A DNA stretch of 64,000 bases from a virus (taxonomy: Duplodnaviria; Caudoviricetes): IMG/VR virus record IMGVR_UViG_3300031998_000005; one strand, written 5' to 3'. The notes under the pieces were generated by a model. It had not been told where the DNA came from, did not search any database, and was given only the letters and a program-made list of their open reading frames with translations. The translations under genes and the position numbers were made by a program. The number at the start of each line of letters is the position of its first letter. Position 1 is the stretch's first letter. Shown in pieces: positions 47,770 through 57,526 of the stretch.

Positions 47770-48066
47770 ATGCTTATTCGCCCTGCTTGTTCGGGTATGA
47801 CCCTTGACGAATCTATGGAAAAAGCCAAAGAAGTGCTTACACAGGAATCGCTTATGGAATGTATCAAGGAAGATTTCTGTGGCGACCTGTTCAACTTGGA
47901 CACGCTCCAATGTAAGGAATACTGCTTTGACGAGCGTATCGGTTGGATGACCTACCTACTTACCGCTGACTTTGCTGACGGCTCTTACAAGCAACAGGCG
48001 GTGGCTTTTACCAATGGTCGCATTGAAGACCTACCTAGCGGTCCGAGAACGCCTGCAAAGGACTAG
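47770..48066 (+). CDS. Hypothetical protein
   Basis: AAGGAG RBS. Confidence 0.7.
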   Translation: MLIRPACSGMTLDESMEKAKEVLTQESLMECIKEDFCGDLFNLDTLQCKEYCFDERIGWMTYLLTADFADGSYKQQAVAFTNGRIEDLPSGPRTPAKD

Positions 48067-48068
48067 CG

Positions 48069-48689
48069 ATGAACGTCATTGAGCCAAAAAATTTTGATGC
48101 GTTCCACTATGCAAAGATGGCAAAAACCATTGACCACGTATGGTGGACTTATGGTCCTGTCCAATGCGTAGGACAGAACTTCCTGGCTACGGCTATGACT
48201 TGTGCGGGATGGGTGTTTCACCACATCAAACCATTATTTGACTCTGCAAAATCCATAGTAGCCAATCCCGACCCCGTGCCGTTAAAGCACGGCAACCGCA
48301 AATGGAAGCGGGTTATTGTCGTGGATGGACTAACCATCTATATGGGAGTGCTTCTATTCAATATGTTATGCAGCGAATATCATCTTGACCCGCAAAAAGA
48401 AATCATCACGGAAAGACAGTTCGTGGACATCTTCAAGAAGGTCTATCCAGATGTTCGGCTCTATGGTCTTGATGACGAAGAAGGCAACGATATATGGGCT
48501 AGTGCTATCGGCTATTGGGATGCCAACCGAATCCTGTTTAGCCGTGCCGATGAAGAAGTCCGTATGTGGCGAAACTACGGCAGATGGGATTATCGTTTCA
48601 AATCCGCAAAGGAATTTGAAGATTGGCTCACAAACGCACGTTCCCACGAGCATTACTTTGACACTATATCTACGGAGAATAATAAATGA
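48069..48689 (+). CDS. Hypothetical protein
   Basis: AAGGA RBS. Confidence 0.7.
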   Translation: MNVIEPKNFDAFHYAKMAKTIDHVWWTYGPVQCVGQNFLATAMTCAGWVFHHIKPLFDSAKSIVANPDPVPLKHGNRKWKRVIVVDGLTIYMGVLLFNMLCSEYHLDPQKEIITERQFVDIFKKVYPDVRLYGLDDEEGNDIWASAIGYWDANRILFSRADEEVRMWRNYGRWDYRFKSAKEFEDWLTNARSHEHYFDTISTENNK

Positions 48690-48988
48690 GTCACAACTTG
48701 GAAGAATACAAAGCCGATGAAAACTTCGGCAACGGCTTGGTCTATTGCATCCCCGAAGTGGAAAAAGTCCTTGCCGAACAGGACGAAGAAATCCGCAGGC
48801 TTCGCAAAGCCCTGTATCAAGCCTGCACTAATTGGGCTTTCGCTATGGACGCTCACTTGACCGACAAAATCCTTGCGAGCAACAACCCCGACAAACTCCG
48901 CTTTATTCGTGACCGATGGTGGCGAATGGGGCATAAGTGCTGGGATAAATCAAAGAAATTTTCCATCGTAAAAACTGACAAGGAATAA
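48686..48988 (+). CDS. Hypothetical protein (YxxxEV helix family)
   Basis: YCIPEVEKVLAE. Confidence 0.65.
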   Translation: MSHNLEEYKADENFGNGLVYCIPEVEKVLAEQDEEIRRLRKALYQACTNWAFAMDAHLTDKILASNNPDKLRFIRDRWWRMGHKCWDKSKKFSIVKTDKE

Positions 48989-49168
48989 CCTATGAAGAAA
49001 ATCAAACTCTTTTTCAAAAATCTGTTCCGTAAAGGAAAGCCCTGTATCTACTGCGGATTGAAGACTACCGATGTCCGCAGGATTCCTGGACAAGCCTATC
49101 CCTACCGCATTTGCGAAAAGTGCTACAAGAAAGAAATGTTCACTCACTATTTTTCGTAAGGAGAACTT

Positions 49169-49393
49169 ATGTGGGTTTTAGTATTGTTTACCCTCTTGGG
49201 AGCCGAAGGCAAGATTACCCCGAACTCCCCTGTGACCTCAACCGTCATCCACTACTTCAAGACCGAAAAGGCTTGCATTGATGCGGGTCATTCGTTTGTT
49301 GCCCAAAACCGTGTCAAGGATTTTAGAGCGGAAGGCAACATTTGGCAAGTAGATTTGGCACACCGATTCCACTGCGTAGAAATCGGCAAGTAA
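49169..49393 (+). CDS. Secreted/membrane small protein
   Basis: Hydrophobic N-terminus; F.T..AC. Confidence 0.6.
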   Translation: MWVLVLFTLLGAEGKITPNSPVTSTVIHYFKTEKACIDAGHSFVAQNRVKDFRAEGNIWQVDLAHRFHCVEIGK

Positions 49394-49417
49394 TTCCTAA
49401 CTATAAGGAACACCCTT

Positions 49418-49726
49418 ATGAACCGCTACAACCATCCCCTCAACAATCCCCATATCTTCTTTTTTGAGTTGCAGAACAACAAGACCTATGACGTAGCCTA
49501 CACCCTGCCATATAGCATTGACGATGAACCTACCGAACAGGATGTGGATGACATCGCCAAGCACTTGGTAGAAGTCATCAAGACTAAACGGCAATCGCTT
49601 GGGTGGAATCATTCCGACCTGTTCTACCGCATTGGCTACCACAGCCTCCTGCAATCGGGAATGGGCTTGGATTTAGCCTTTGCCATTGACTATAAGGTAA
49701 GCAAGATTTTGGACGGAAAGGAATAG
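49418..49726 (+). CDS. Hypothetical protein
   Basis: AAGGA RBS. Confidence 0.65.
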   Translation: MNRYNHPLNNPHIFFFELQNNKTYDVAYTLPYSIDDEPTEQDVDDIAKHLVEVIKTKRQSLGWNHSDLFYRIGYHSLLQSGMGLDLAFAIDYKVSKILDGKE

Positions 49727-49729
49727 ACT

Positions 49730-50044
49730 ATGCAAACACGTAAAGACCTTATCCACGTGACACTGACCGAAGATGAAGCCCAGGAAATACTCAAGTCCCT
49801 GCCCGAACAAACTTGGGCGGGCTTGAGCATAAAGGCTAAACTGAAAACTCTATTAGAGAAGAAAGCCCACAGGGATTCGCACCCGCATAAACTTGCCGAT
49901 GATTACGAAACTATGAAATCCTGTCCGTATCGTGACGATTGGCATTATTGCTGTCGGTGTAAATTTGAGTTGATTTGCACGGGTTCCGACCACTACGACA
50001 AGAATATGGTAAAGAAATATATTGAAGAAAATTGGGGAAAGTAA
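49730..50044 (+). CDS. Cys-rich hypothetical protein
   Basis: CPY...CCRC....C. Confidence 0.65.
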   Translation: MQTRKDLIHVTLTEDEAQEILKSLPEQTWAGLSIKAKLKTLLEKKAHRDSHPHKLADDYETMKSCPYRDDWHYCCRCKFELICTGSDHYDKNMVKKYIEENWGK

Positions 50045-50045
50045 T

Positions 50046-50438
50046 ATGGATAAACAAATGAGCCGAGAAGAATTTTGCGAAATCTGCAAGAGCGAAGGAC
50101 TTGAAGTCGTTTGTGATGACACGGGCTACGGTCCTAACAGCATCCACGCAACCGCCTACATCATATCACCTGTCCTATCCAAAGAACAGGATTCCTTTGC
50201 TGATTGGGATTACGATAGGGAATACGATAGTCTTCCTTGGATAAGTTCTTATGATGCCCTGCTGAAAGAGAGAAGCGGTCTGTATCACGTAAGCACATCG
50301 GACTTTTCCGACTGCCCAATAGTAATTGATACCCGTGAAGAACTGCGAGCCGTGTGCCACAATGTAATGGCAGAAATCCGTCACATTGAAGAAGACCCTA
50401 CTTACCGACCCGAACATCCTGCAATATCCAAAAAGTAA
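50046..50438 (+). CDS. Hypothetical protein
   Basis: Packing. Confidence 0.65.
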   Translation: MDKQMSREEFCEICKSEGLEVVCDDTGYGPNSIHATAYIISPVLSKEQDSFADWDYDREYDSLPWISSYDALLKERSGLYHVSTSDFSDCPIVIDTREELRAVCHNVMAEIRHIEEDPTYRPEHPAISKK

Positions 50439-50713
50439 AAGCAATCCTATCATAAAGACATTCAATATGAACAACTGCTCCGTAGAACCCATAGTAAAAA
50501 ATCTTGTCAAGACTATCGGCATCTTGAGGAACACCGCCCGTGTGAGCGAAGTCCGCTATTTATTCCCATCGCCTAACAAGGTAGTGGTGGAACAGATAGC
50601 CGAAGAACTTACAAATCTGGGCTACAAGCCCACCATCCTTTACGGGGGTAAAGGTGTAGATGTGGATGTGCCCTTTGAACTGCGAATCCCCCTTGATTAA
50701 AAGGAACTAGACT

Positions 50714-50998
50714 ATGATTATCCAAAAACTGAACTTTGTAGAAACTTGCGGAGCCTGCCCCGAACAATATGATGTGTTCAAAGGTGGCAGACAAGTTGGT
50801 TATGTCCGTCTGCGTTGGGGCACGGTCACTTGCGACTTCCCCGATTGCAGGGGCGACACAATTTATTCCCATTCCTTTGAAAACGATGGATGGAAGGGCT
50901 GCTTTGACAATTCCGAAGAACGGGAAACGTATCTCAACCGAATCGCCACCGCCATCCACGCTGCACTTGCACAAGAAAAACAGGAGCGTAAACAATGA
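50714..50998 (+). CDS. Hypothetical protein
   Basis: TC.ACPEQYDV...GYVRLRWG motif. Confidence 0.7.
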   Translation: MIIQKLNFVETCGACPEQYDVFKGGRQVGYVRLRWGTVTCDFPDCRGDTIYSHSFENDGWKGCFDNSEERETYLNRIATAIHAALAQEKQERKQ

Positions 50999-51225
50999 AC
51001 GGACTTCTAAATCCCGCAAACCCCGCATCACCGCTCAACCCGATTAACCCTATCAGCCCGCTCAATCCTACCCGTAACCACCATACGGACACATCAGCGG
51101 TTGTAGCCGTCCAGGATTCCGTAGTGGCATACTTTGACGGAATAGACCTAGCCGTAGCCTGTGGTGGAAGTTTCATTATTGGGATTCTCGCCTGCGTTAT
51201 TTTCTACCTATTCAAAAAAGGATAA
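50995..51225 (+). CDS. Small membrane protein with NP repeats
   Basis: LNPANPASPLNPINPISPLNP; C-terminal TM. Confidence 0.65.
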   Translation: MNGLLNPANPASPLNPINPISPLNPTRNHHTDTSAVVAVQDSVVAYFDGIDLAVACGGSFIIGILACVIFYLFKKG

Positions 51226-51229
51226 TCCT

Positions 51230-51895
51230 ATGATTGACTCCGATGAAGAATACTACTCGTTAAAGAAACTCTGCAACAATGCAGTCTATCAGTCCACGCA
51301 ACCCGCCCCCTACGATAAGACCAAAATCGTAGGATGCCCCCATTGGGTATTCAGCGAAGAATACGCTCTTACCCACAAGGATTTCAAACTCTATTGGCAC
51401 ACCCCTGGTGTGATGGACGGGGGTATCTACTGCGAAGCCAAATTCAGCCCTACCTATGATGACCATACGCTGTTTGTCAAAATACATCAAGACGGATTCA
51501 TAGATATGGGAGTGCTAAAAGATGCCGAAATCCCGCTTGAACGCTTCCGCAACCGAATGATTTGCATAGACATTGATGAAGAAACAGACGAAATCAACAT
51601 TTCGTGGTTTGATGACCCCGAATATGTCCTGTGGACCGTGCAGTATGCCGATATGGACGGCAGGGAGCATTTTGTAACTGTCCGTGCCCGAACCAAGAAC
51701 GAAGCCAAAGTCATCGCTTGGGCGGATTCCTGCTATTGTGAAGAAACCATCAACCCCGAAAAATTCAGTGTCTATCCCTACAATCCGCACGTCCTCACGA
51801 TGGCGAACTCCAAAGCCTACTATGCCGTGCTGACAAGCCAAATCCATATCTGCGACAAGTATGACGAAGAAGACGCAGCCACCAGACCCGACTAG
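51230..51895 (+). CDS. Hypothetical protein
   Basis: AAGGA RBS. Confidence 0.7.
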   Translation: MIDSDEEYYSLKKLCNNAVYQSTQPAPYDKTKIVGCPHWVFSEEYALTHKDFKLYWHTPGVMDGGIYCEAKFSPTYDDHTLFVKIHQDGFIDMGVLKDAEIPLERFRNRMICIDIDEETDEINISWFDDPEYVLWTVQYADMDGREHFVTVRARTKNEAKVIAWADSCYCEETINPEKFSVYPYNPHVLTMANSKAYYAVLTSQIHICDKYDEEDAATRPD

Positions 51896-51905
51896 GAGAA
51901 AACCG

Positions 51906-52355
51906 ATGACCCTTGAAGAAGCAATTATCCACTGCAAAGAACGGGCGAAACTCTGTGATGAATGCGGAGCGGAACACGAGCAACTTGCACGATGGCTGAC
52001 GGAACTCAAAACACTCCGTCAGCATACATCACTCACAAAAATACGAGAAGAGGCGATGAATCGGGAAAATCTGCGATTCAGCCATTTCGTGTTCACTATG
52101 CTCAAATCCATTTGGGCAAGCAACAACGCACTTAATGAAGAAATCCGTTTCCCGAAACTCTCCGAGAAATGGAAAGCCCGTGCAGAAAGTTATCGCAAGG
52201 AAGCCGAAATTCTCAAACAGCCCGAAGAAGAAACCATAGACACGTCTTGGCTTACCCATCTGCTCATTTGCGAGTATGACGATGGGCTTAAAGAAGAGGT
52301 AGAGAACGCCATACAGGAAACAAAAGAATACATCAAGAACCACCCCGAAGAATAA
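51906..52355 (+). CDS. Hypothetical protein
   Basis: MTLEEAI.HC.E...C..EH.QLA.WL.ELK motif; AGGAG RBS. Confidence 0.7.
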   Translation: MTLEEAIIHCKERAKLCDECGAEHEQLARWLTELKTLRQHTSLTKIREEAMNRENLRFSHFVFTMLKSIWASNNALNEEIRFPKLSEKWKARAESYRKEAEILKQPEEETIDTSWLTHLLICEYDDGLKEEVENAIQETKEYIKNHPEE

Positions 52356-52366
52356 GGAACACACTT

Positions 52367-52624
52367 ATGGAATACTTACTGCTTACATCCGATATAGAAG
52401 CCTGCCAATATGTCGCAAAGCACTGCCGAGTGATAGATGACCTTCACGACGGTGGCGTTATCTTTTCCTGCGACACGGACACAGATGACCTGTATGAAGA
52501 AATCCGCAGGGCTGTTCCGAAAAGCGATTTTTCCCTGTTCAAGTTGCAATACACCCGCACGACCAAAATTGTGCAGGGCAGGGTTCACCAAACGCTAGAT
52601 GCTCGTTCTACGCAGTGGGGGTAG
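52367..52624 (+). CDS. Hypothetical protein
   Basis: AAGGA RBS. Confidence 0.6.
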   Translation: MEYLLLTSDIEACQYVAKHCRVIDDLHDGGVIFSCDTDTDDLYEEIRRAVPKSDFSLFKLQYTRTTKIVQGRVHQTLDARSTQWG

Positions 52625-52817
52625 CCGTATGCAGATAATCAACGAAACCCCCGAACTGCGTGATGACGTGACCATATCCATATCCGTCAGCGGGTCATAT
52701 CAAGACAGGCTAGAGGTCAAAGTGGAAACCAAGCAGGGCGACCACACGACCAACGACTACCACTGCCTAGAAATCCCCTGCAACCTGGAACAACTGCAAA
52801 AAGATTAAAAAAGACTA

Positions 52818-52846
52818 TTGACAGGTAGTAGGTATTTTGTTATATT
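52818..52846 (+). promoter_or_regulatory. Class I early promoter
   Basis: TTGACA-17-TATATT. Confidence 0.85.
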
Positions 52847-52855
52847 TGTAGTGTG

Positions 52856-52909
52856 AGGTTGGGAAATTCGGTAAACCCCGCAAAATGCACCTACCGAATT
52901 TCCCTACCT
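52856..52909 (+). repeat. 18-bp inverted repeat (5' UTR hairpin)
   Basis: AGGTTGGGAAATTCGGTA / TACCGAATTTCCCTACCT, one mismatch. Confidence 0.8.
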
Positions 52910-52960
52910 ACCGATTTTTATACTAGATTTACAACGTATAATCAAAAGGAAACCACTACT

Positions 52961-53911
52961 ATGGCAAACACAAAAATCCCTTCCTACACGGAAATCAACA
53001 ATGCAATCAAGAAGATTGCGGATATTCCGAGCCGAGTTGATGACGAAGGCTACATCATAGCCGATGGCGTTTCTCTTACAAAGAACGTCTATGACCCGAA
53101 GAATGGCGATTACGAACTGCACGTTCGTGACAAGAAGAACAACAAGTGGCAGTCGTTTGACACCGAAAATGGTGCTGACTGCGTTGAAAGGGCTGCGAAG
53201 TGCTTTGTGGACTTCTACAATGCCAAGCACAAGTCCGAAAGCCGTAAGTTCTCCTGCTCTATGCAGAAAAAGAAGGAATCGCTCTCCAAGAAGTCCGAAG
53301 GTCTTGAAGACGCTGTTATGGATGTGCGAGATATGATTAAGGAACTTGCCGAAGAAACAGGCAACAACCCCGATACCGCCTCCTTTGAAACTGCCACGTA
53401 TGGTAATGGTGTCTGCGTGACCTTTGACAACAACCAGGAATACTACTGCTACAAGACCTACGAGGATGCCGAAGAAGCGTCTAACGAATACAACAAGGAC
53501 TTGCTTGATGACATCGGCATTAGTGGTATTCGCTTTGAAAATATCGGGGGCATTGAAGAATACGTGGACACTGATTGGTTTGAAGATGCCGCCCGTGAAG
53601 ACGCTGAATACTATGTTTCCGACCTTAAAGAAAGCGACCCCGAACAATACAAGGAAGAATTTGGTGACCTTGACGAAGAAGACGCTGCGGAAAAACTCTT
53701 TGTCAATATGGGCGATGACTACGTGGAATGGTTCAAGGAAAACTTTGGCGAAAAGGAACTTGAACAGGTTATCAAACAGAACAACCTTGTGGACTACGAC
53801 AAGTTAGCCGAAGCGATTACCGAGGCTGACGGTCCTGCCCACGGACTCGCAGGCTACGATGGCAAGGAAATTGAATTGCCGTGTGGCTACTACTGCTATC
53901 GTTGGAACTAA
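52961..53911 (+). CDS. Highly acidic protein (possible DNA mimic)
   Basis: D/E-rich C-terminal two thirds; own promoter and terminator. Confidence 0.75.
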   Translation: MANTKIPSYTEINNAIKKIADIPSRVDDEGYIIADGVSLTKNVYDPKNGDYELHVRDKKNNKWQSFDTENGADCVERAAKCFVDFYNAKHKSESRKFSCSMQKKKESLSKKSEGLEDAVMDVRDMIKELAEETGNNPDTASFETATYGNGVCVTFDNNQEYYCYKTYEDAEEASNEYNKDLLDDIGISGIRFENIGGIEEYVDTDWFEDAAREDAEYYVSDLKESDPEQYKEEFGDLDEEDAAEKLFVNMGDDYVEWFKENFGEKELEQVIKQNNLVDYDKLAEAITEADGPAHGLAGYDGKEIELPCGYYCYRWN

Positions 53912-53936
53912 CCCAATCAAACAGCGTATAACAAAC

Positions 53937-53960
53937 AAGCCCCGACCAGGGGCTTTTCTT
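53937..53960 (+). terminator. Intrinsic terminator
   Basis: AAGCCCC/GGGGCTT plus T-run. Confidence 0.7.
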
Positions 53961-54039
53961 GTTATATCTGCTACGAACAAAAAAAATTTCAGCCACGCCC
54001 TACGCCCCGAACTTTCTTGATATTTTGTTAGATTTCCTA

Positions 54040-54068
54040 TTGACATCTGCTCGGTATTTAGTTATATT
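54040..54068 (+). promoter_or_regulatory. Class I early promoter
   Basis: TTGACA-17-TATATT, second TGTTATATT and ACAACCACGAGG leader follow. Confidence 0.75.
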
Positions 54069-54109
54069 TGATATTGTGTTATATTCACAGACAACCACGA
54101 GGATATACT

Positions 54110-54775
54110 ATGACCTTTGACATCAAACAGAAACTGACGGGTGCCCAACTTGCGGGTGGCAATCCGTCCGCAGGCTACCGCACCGAAAACGATTTCTACG
54201 CCACCGACCCACAGGCGGTAAATGACCTGTTCAACGCCCTGTCCAAATACGACCCCGACTTTGACAACTTTTCGCCCCGCACGTTCCTTGAACCCTGCGT
54301 AGGCAACGGGAACATCGCCAAGGCTACCACAGATTATTTCCTGTTCTCCCTTAAACGCAACGAGAACTCCCAATGCACCTTCATAGACCTCGTAGACAGG
54401 GGCTACCCGAATACGAAAGTCCAGGATTTCCTGCTGTTTGAGCCTATGCAACCGCAGACCAAGTTTGACCTTATCATTTCCAACCCCCCGTATTCTCTCG
54501 CCTTGGAGTTCGTGAAGAAATCCTTACAGCACCTGTCCGACCACGGCTACCTTGCGTTCTTCCTAAAAATCCAATTTTGGGAAGGCGAAAAACGCAAGCA
54601 GTTCCTGTTGGACAACCCGCCTGCGTTCTGTTTCCCGTTCGCCAAGCGTATGCCCACTTGGAACAACGGACAGCCCACGGACGAACACGGCAAGCGATGG
54701 GCGACTACGATGTGCCACGCTTGGTTCGTATGGAAACAGGGAAATCACGACCTGTGCAGGACAGCCCCCATTTAG
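54110..54775 (+). CDS. DNA adenine methyltransferase (MTase-5, motif I before NPPY)
   Basis: DFYAT, LEPCVGNGNI, DFL, IISNPPY. Confidence 0.85.
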   Translation: MTFDIKQKLTGAQLAGGNPSAGYRTENDFYATDPQAVNDLFNALSKYDPDFDNFSPRTFLEPCVGNGNIAKATTDYFLFSLKRNENSQCTFIDLVDRGYPNTKVQDFLLFEPMQPQTKFDLIISNPPYSLALEFVKKSLQHLSDHGYLAFFLKIQFWEGEKRKQFLLDNPPAFCFPFAKRMPTWNNGQPTDEHGKRWATTMCHAWFVWKQGNHDLCRTAPI

Positions 54776-54808
54776 ATAATTAGTTATATTCGCTTTCAAA
54801 GGACCGTT

Positions 54809-55165
54809 ATGCTATCGTTTAAGCAATTTGAACGCTATCAGTTATCCCGCCATCTAAAAGAATGGCGTGAATCCGAATGGGATAAGACAGCCCGTTTCCT
54901 ACTCACTGCCCGTCTGTGGCAGGAAGCCGTCAAGAATATAGGGGAGTATTGGTTCGGAATACCTACGACCCCCAAGTTCAACGTGATTTGGGAGTTCTCC
55001 GAACCCATCGCCCGTATCGTGGGTATGCCCGCCTATATGCTCTCCCGTGTTTCTTGCGATAACGCCCTGTGCCTTAAATCCATCCCCAAGATGGCAGACG
55101 AAGACATCTACCCCCAATCTATCACGGACGCCTGGGTTCAACGCCACGTCCACGAACAAGGATAA
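54809..55165 (+). CDS. Hypothetical protein
   Basis: AAGGA RBS. Confidence 0.6.
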   Translation: MLSFKQFERYQLSRHLKEWRESEWDKTARFLLTARLWQEAVKNIGEYWFGIPTTPKFNVIWEFSEPIARIVGMPAYMLSRVSCDNALCLKSIPKMADEDIYPQSITDAWVQRHVHEQG

Positions 55166-55171
55166 ACCCCT

Positions 55172-55360
55172 ATGAGTATGGTATCGCACCTTAACGCAGA
55201 ATATATGGAAGCCCAATGCCCGTGTTGCGGTAAGACTTGCACAGTTTGGGAGAGCGACCTTTACGGAACGCTTATGGACGGCAAGGACAACAAGACAAAG
55301 GAATACTCCGTCCGCTGTCCTAGATGCGACCAATCTTTCTATGCGTCCACCGCATACTAG
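55172..55360 (+). CDS. Small Zn-finger protein
   Basis: CPCCG...CPRC. Confidence 0.65.
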   Translation: MSMVSHLNAEYMEAQCPCCGKTCTVWESDLYGTLMDGKDNKTKEYSVRCPRCDQSFYASTAY

Positions 55361-55396
55361 ATAATTTGTTATATTCACTTTCCAAGGAATTATATT

Positions 55397-55699
55397 ATGA
55401 GCGAACTCCACAAAATGCTTATGCGTCCGCTAGATTCGGACACCGACGTGTATTCGGTCTATGAGAGCCACGAGGTTGATGACTACATCAAGAAACTGCA
55501 ATCGCAAATTCCCCATTGGGTGCGATTGTCCGACAGGCTACCGACCACAGCCGGTCCGCACCTCGTCATCTTCAAAAGTGGCAGGGGCGGGTGTCTGCCG
55601 TTCAACTTGGAAGCCAAGAGTTTCCAAGTCGCAGGGACTGTCCTGTGGTGGGCAGACGGCAAGGACATTTTCCCACAGGAGAGCGTAGAATGCGGGTGA
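55397..55699 (+). CDS. Hypothetical protein (YxxxEVD helix plus DUF551-like)
   Basis: YESHEVDDYIKKL; WVRLSDRLP. Confidence 0.65.
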   Translation: MSELHKMLMRPLDSDTDVYSVYESHEVDDYIKKLQSQIPHWVRLSDRLPTTAGPHLVIFKSGRGGCLPFNLEAKSFQVAGTVLWWADGKDIFPQESVECG

Positions 55700-55911
55700 A
55701 TATCGGATGCGACTATTGCAGATGCACGGACAAGCGGACATACTATATGATTACGCTTACGAGCATCACGGACAGTTCCAATTCCTGCACGAAGGTCATC
55801 TGCGACAAGTGTGCCGAACGGCTCGGAATGACATTAGACGGGATATTGACCAAGCGGGATGTAGACGATGTGCTGAAGGAAATTGAAACCGACATCCTGG
55901 GGGAAGAATGA
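55690..55911 (+). CDS. Small Zn-binding protein
   Basis: CDYC...ICDKC; AGGAG RBS. Confidence 0.55.
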   Translation: MRVNIGCDYCRCTDKRTYYMITLTSITDSSNSCTKVICDKCAERLGMTLDGILTKRDVDDVLKEIETDILGEE

Positions 55912-56068
55912 AAGAAAAGATACCCCGCTACCGAGCCTACACCCTTGACGGGCACCTATGCCGTAGTCTTGACAGCGACACTCTTGAAGAACTGAACCAT
56001 AAGGTTGAACACCACCCGATTGAATGCCAATACCAACCCTTCTTCGTAAGGGATAACAAAAAGGAAAA

Positions 56069-56356
56069 ATGGCTATGAGCGAACTGAAAGCAATCAGCGG
56101 TCACGAAATTCGTGAGGACATAGATTACAACACTAGGGGAATTGACCCCGAAGATAAAGAATGGAACAATTACGGAAAGGAACTCTGTGATACTTTGTAT
56201 TATCGTAAGTCCGAAGCCGACAAGTTTCTTGCTGACTTGGAGGAATCGCACAAGATGGAAGTTGAACAACTCTTGATGGAGATTGTGGGACTGAAAAAAC
56301 AGGTTGCTTTGTTGCAAACAAAATTATCCCAGAACCCGGAGAATAATAATGGATGA
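56069..56356 (+). CDS. Hypothetical protein (YxxxEAD helix family)
   Basis: YRKSEADKFLADL. Confidence 0.65.
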   Translation: MAMSELKAISGHEIREDIDYNTRGIDPEDKEWNNYGKELCDTLYYRKSEADKFLADLEESHKMEVEQLLMEIVGLKKQVALLQTKLSQNPENNNG

Positions 56357-56687
56357 AGTAGCAGAGGCTATTGAAAAATACCACGGACTTGTGCCGTTGG
56401 TCTACGACATTGAAACAATGGGTCTTACCGAGGCTCGTCCCCAAGATATGTATTATGCAGTCTACTTGAAACGGGAAGCCGACAAGGTGATTGCCCACAA
56501 TAAGTTCAAACGATGTCTTGACAAGGCGAGTATGTGTGAAAGCGAAGAAAAACGGCTTGAAGCAATAGCACCCCTTTTTGATACCGACAAAGAATGTTGG
56601 GAATACGGCTCGGACTATTGGAAAAAGTGGCACAAGCGGTGGCTCCAACTTGCCGAACAGATTAAAACACAGATGGAGGCGAAATAA
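56349..56687 (+). CDS. Hypothetical protein (YxxxEAD helix family)
   Basis: YLKREADKVIA; GGAG RBS. Confidence 0.65.
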   Translation: MDEVAEAIEKYHGLVPLVYDIETMGLTEARPQDMYYAVYLKREADKVIAHNKFKRCLDKASMCESEEKRLEAIAPLFDTDKECWEYGSDYWKKWHKRWLQLAEQIKTQMEAK

Positions 56688-57004
56688 TGAACGAACAGAC
56701 CGAACTTGAAATCAAGGAAAAACTCGCACGGGAAGAATTTAGGCTACGCTCCCTAGCCGAAGCCGAAGAAAAGAGCAAGGAGATAGCCGAAGAAATCAAG
56801 GCAGTCCTGCGTAAGCACGGGGCTTCCCTTGCCGAGTGGAATCACAACCTGTATATCGTTCCCCCAGGCTTCCGAGTCTATTCCGTATGGAACTTTCCGA
56901 GAGGTGTCCACCTTGACCCCTTGAACGTAGGACTGACGTGCCAACGCTACGACTGCGACTACCGAATCATCAAGCCGTTCCCCGAAGAACTCAAACCTAG
57001 ATAA
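56687..57004 (+). CDS. Hypothetical protein
   Basis: GGAGG RBS. Confidence 0.65.
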   Translation: MNEQTELEIKEKLAREEFRLRSLAEAEEKSKEIAEEIKAVLRKHGASLAEWNHNLYIVPPGFRVYSVWNFPRGVHLDPLNVGLTCQRYDCDYRIIKPFPEELKPR

Positions 57005-57028
57005 CCTGTTATATTCAACCAAAGGACT
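56995..57028 (+). repeat. 34-bp junction repeat (identical copy at 58817-58850; cores at 54773, 55358, 57882)
   Basis: ACCTAGATAACCTGTTATATTCAACCAAAGGACT. Confidence 0.85.
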
Positions 57029-57034
57029 ACATAT

Positions 57035-57526
57035 ATGGGCGATACTATTGACCTCTACACATTCTTCCACAAGATACAGGCAGAATACCCGCACCACGTC
57101 ATCCTAGCCACCGATGAAACCGACGGGACTTGCGTCCGACTCGTAGTGAGCGAAGAAGACTCCCCCGACCACCAAAACATCGGATGCACCATCGCTGACG
57201 ATGTGTGCCTTACCCTTGGGCTTGGTGTCTATGTGGCTTGGAAATACGCCACCGAAGAACACGTCCGACAGGCTATCCGCTACGCCTTTACTTGGCTCAA
57301 CCGATACATCCCCGCCAACAAAATCGTGGACGGCTGTCTGCGTGAGCAGAAACTTGACTACTCCAAGATGGTGCTTGGCGACTTTCCCCACGAAGCCTTC
57401 GCCAACGCCAAGTGTATGGCTGATGCCCTTGACACCAACAAGAACTACCTACTGACCCATTTCGGGGAAATGGAACTCTCGCAGGGCATAGCGTTCCTGC
57501 TCAAACTGCACAGGCTTTCCAAATGA
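57035..57526 (+). CDS. Hypothetical protein
   Basis: AAGGA RBS in repeat. Confidence 0.7.
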   Translation: MGDTIDLYTFFHKIQAEYPHHVILATDETDGTCVRLVVSEEDSPDHQNIGCTIADDVCLTLGLGVYVAWKYATEEHVRQAIRYAFTWLNRYIPANKIVDGCLREQKLDYSKMVLGDFPHEAFANAKCMADALDTNKNYLLTHFGEMELSQGIAFLLKLHRLSK

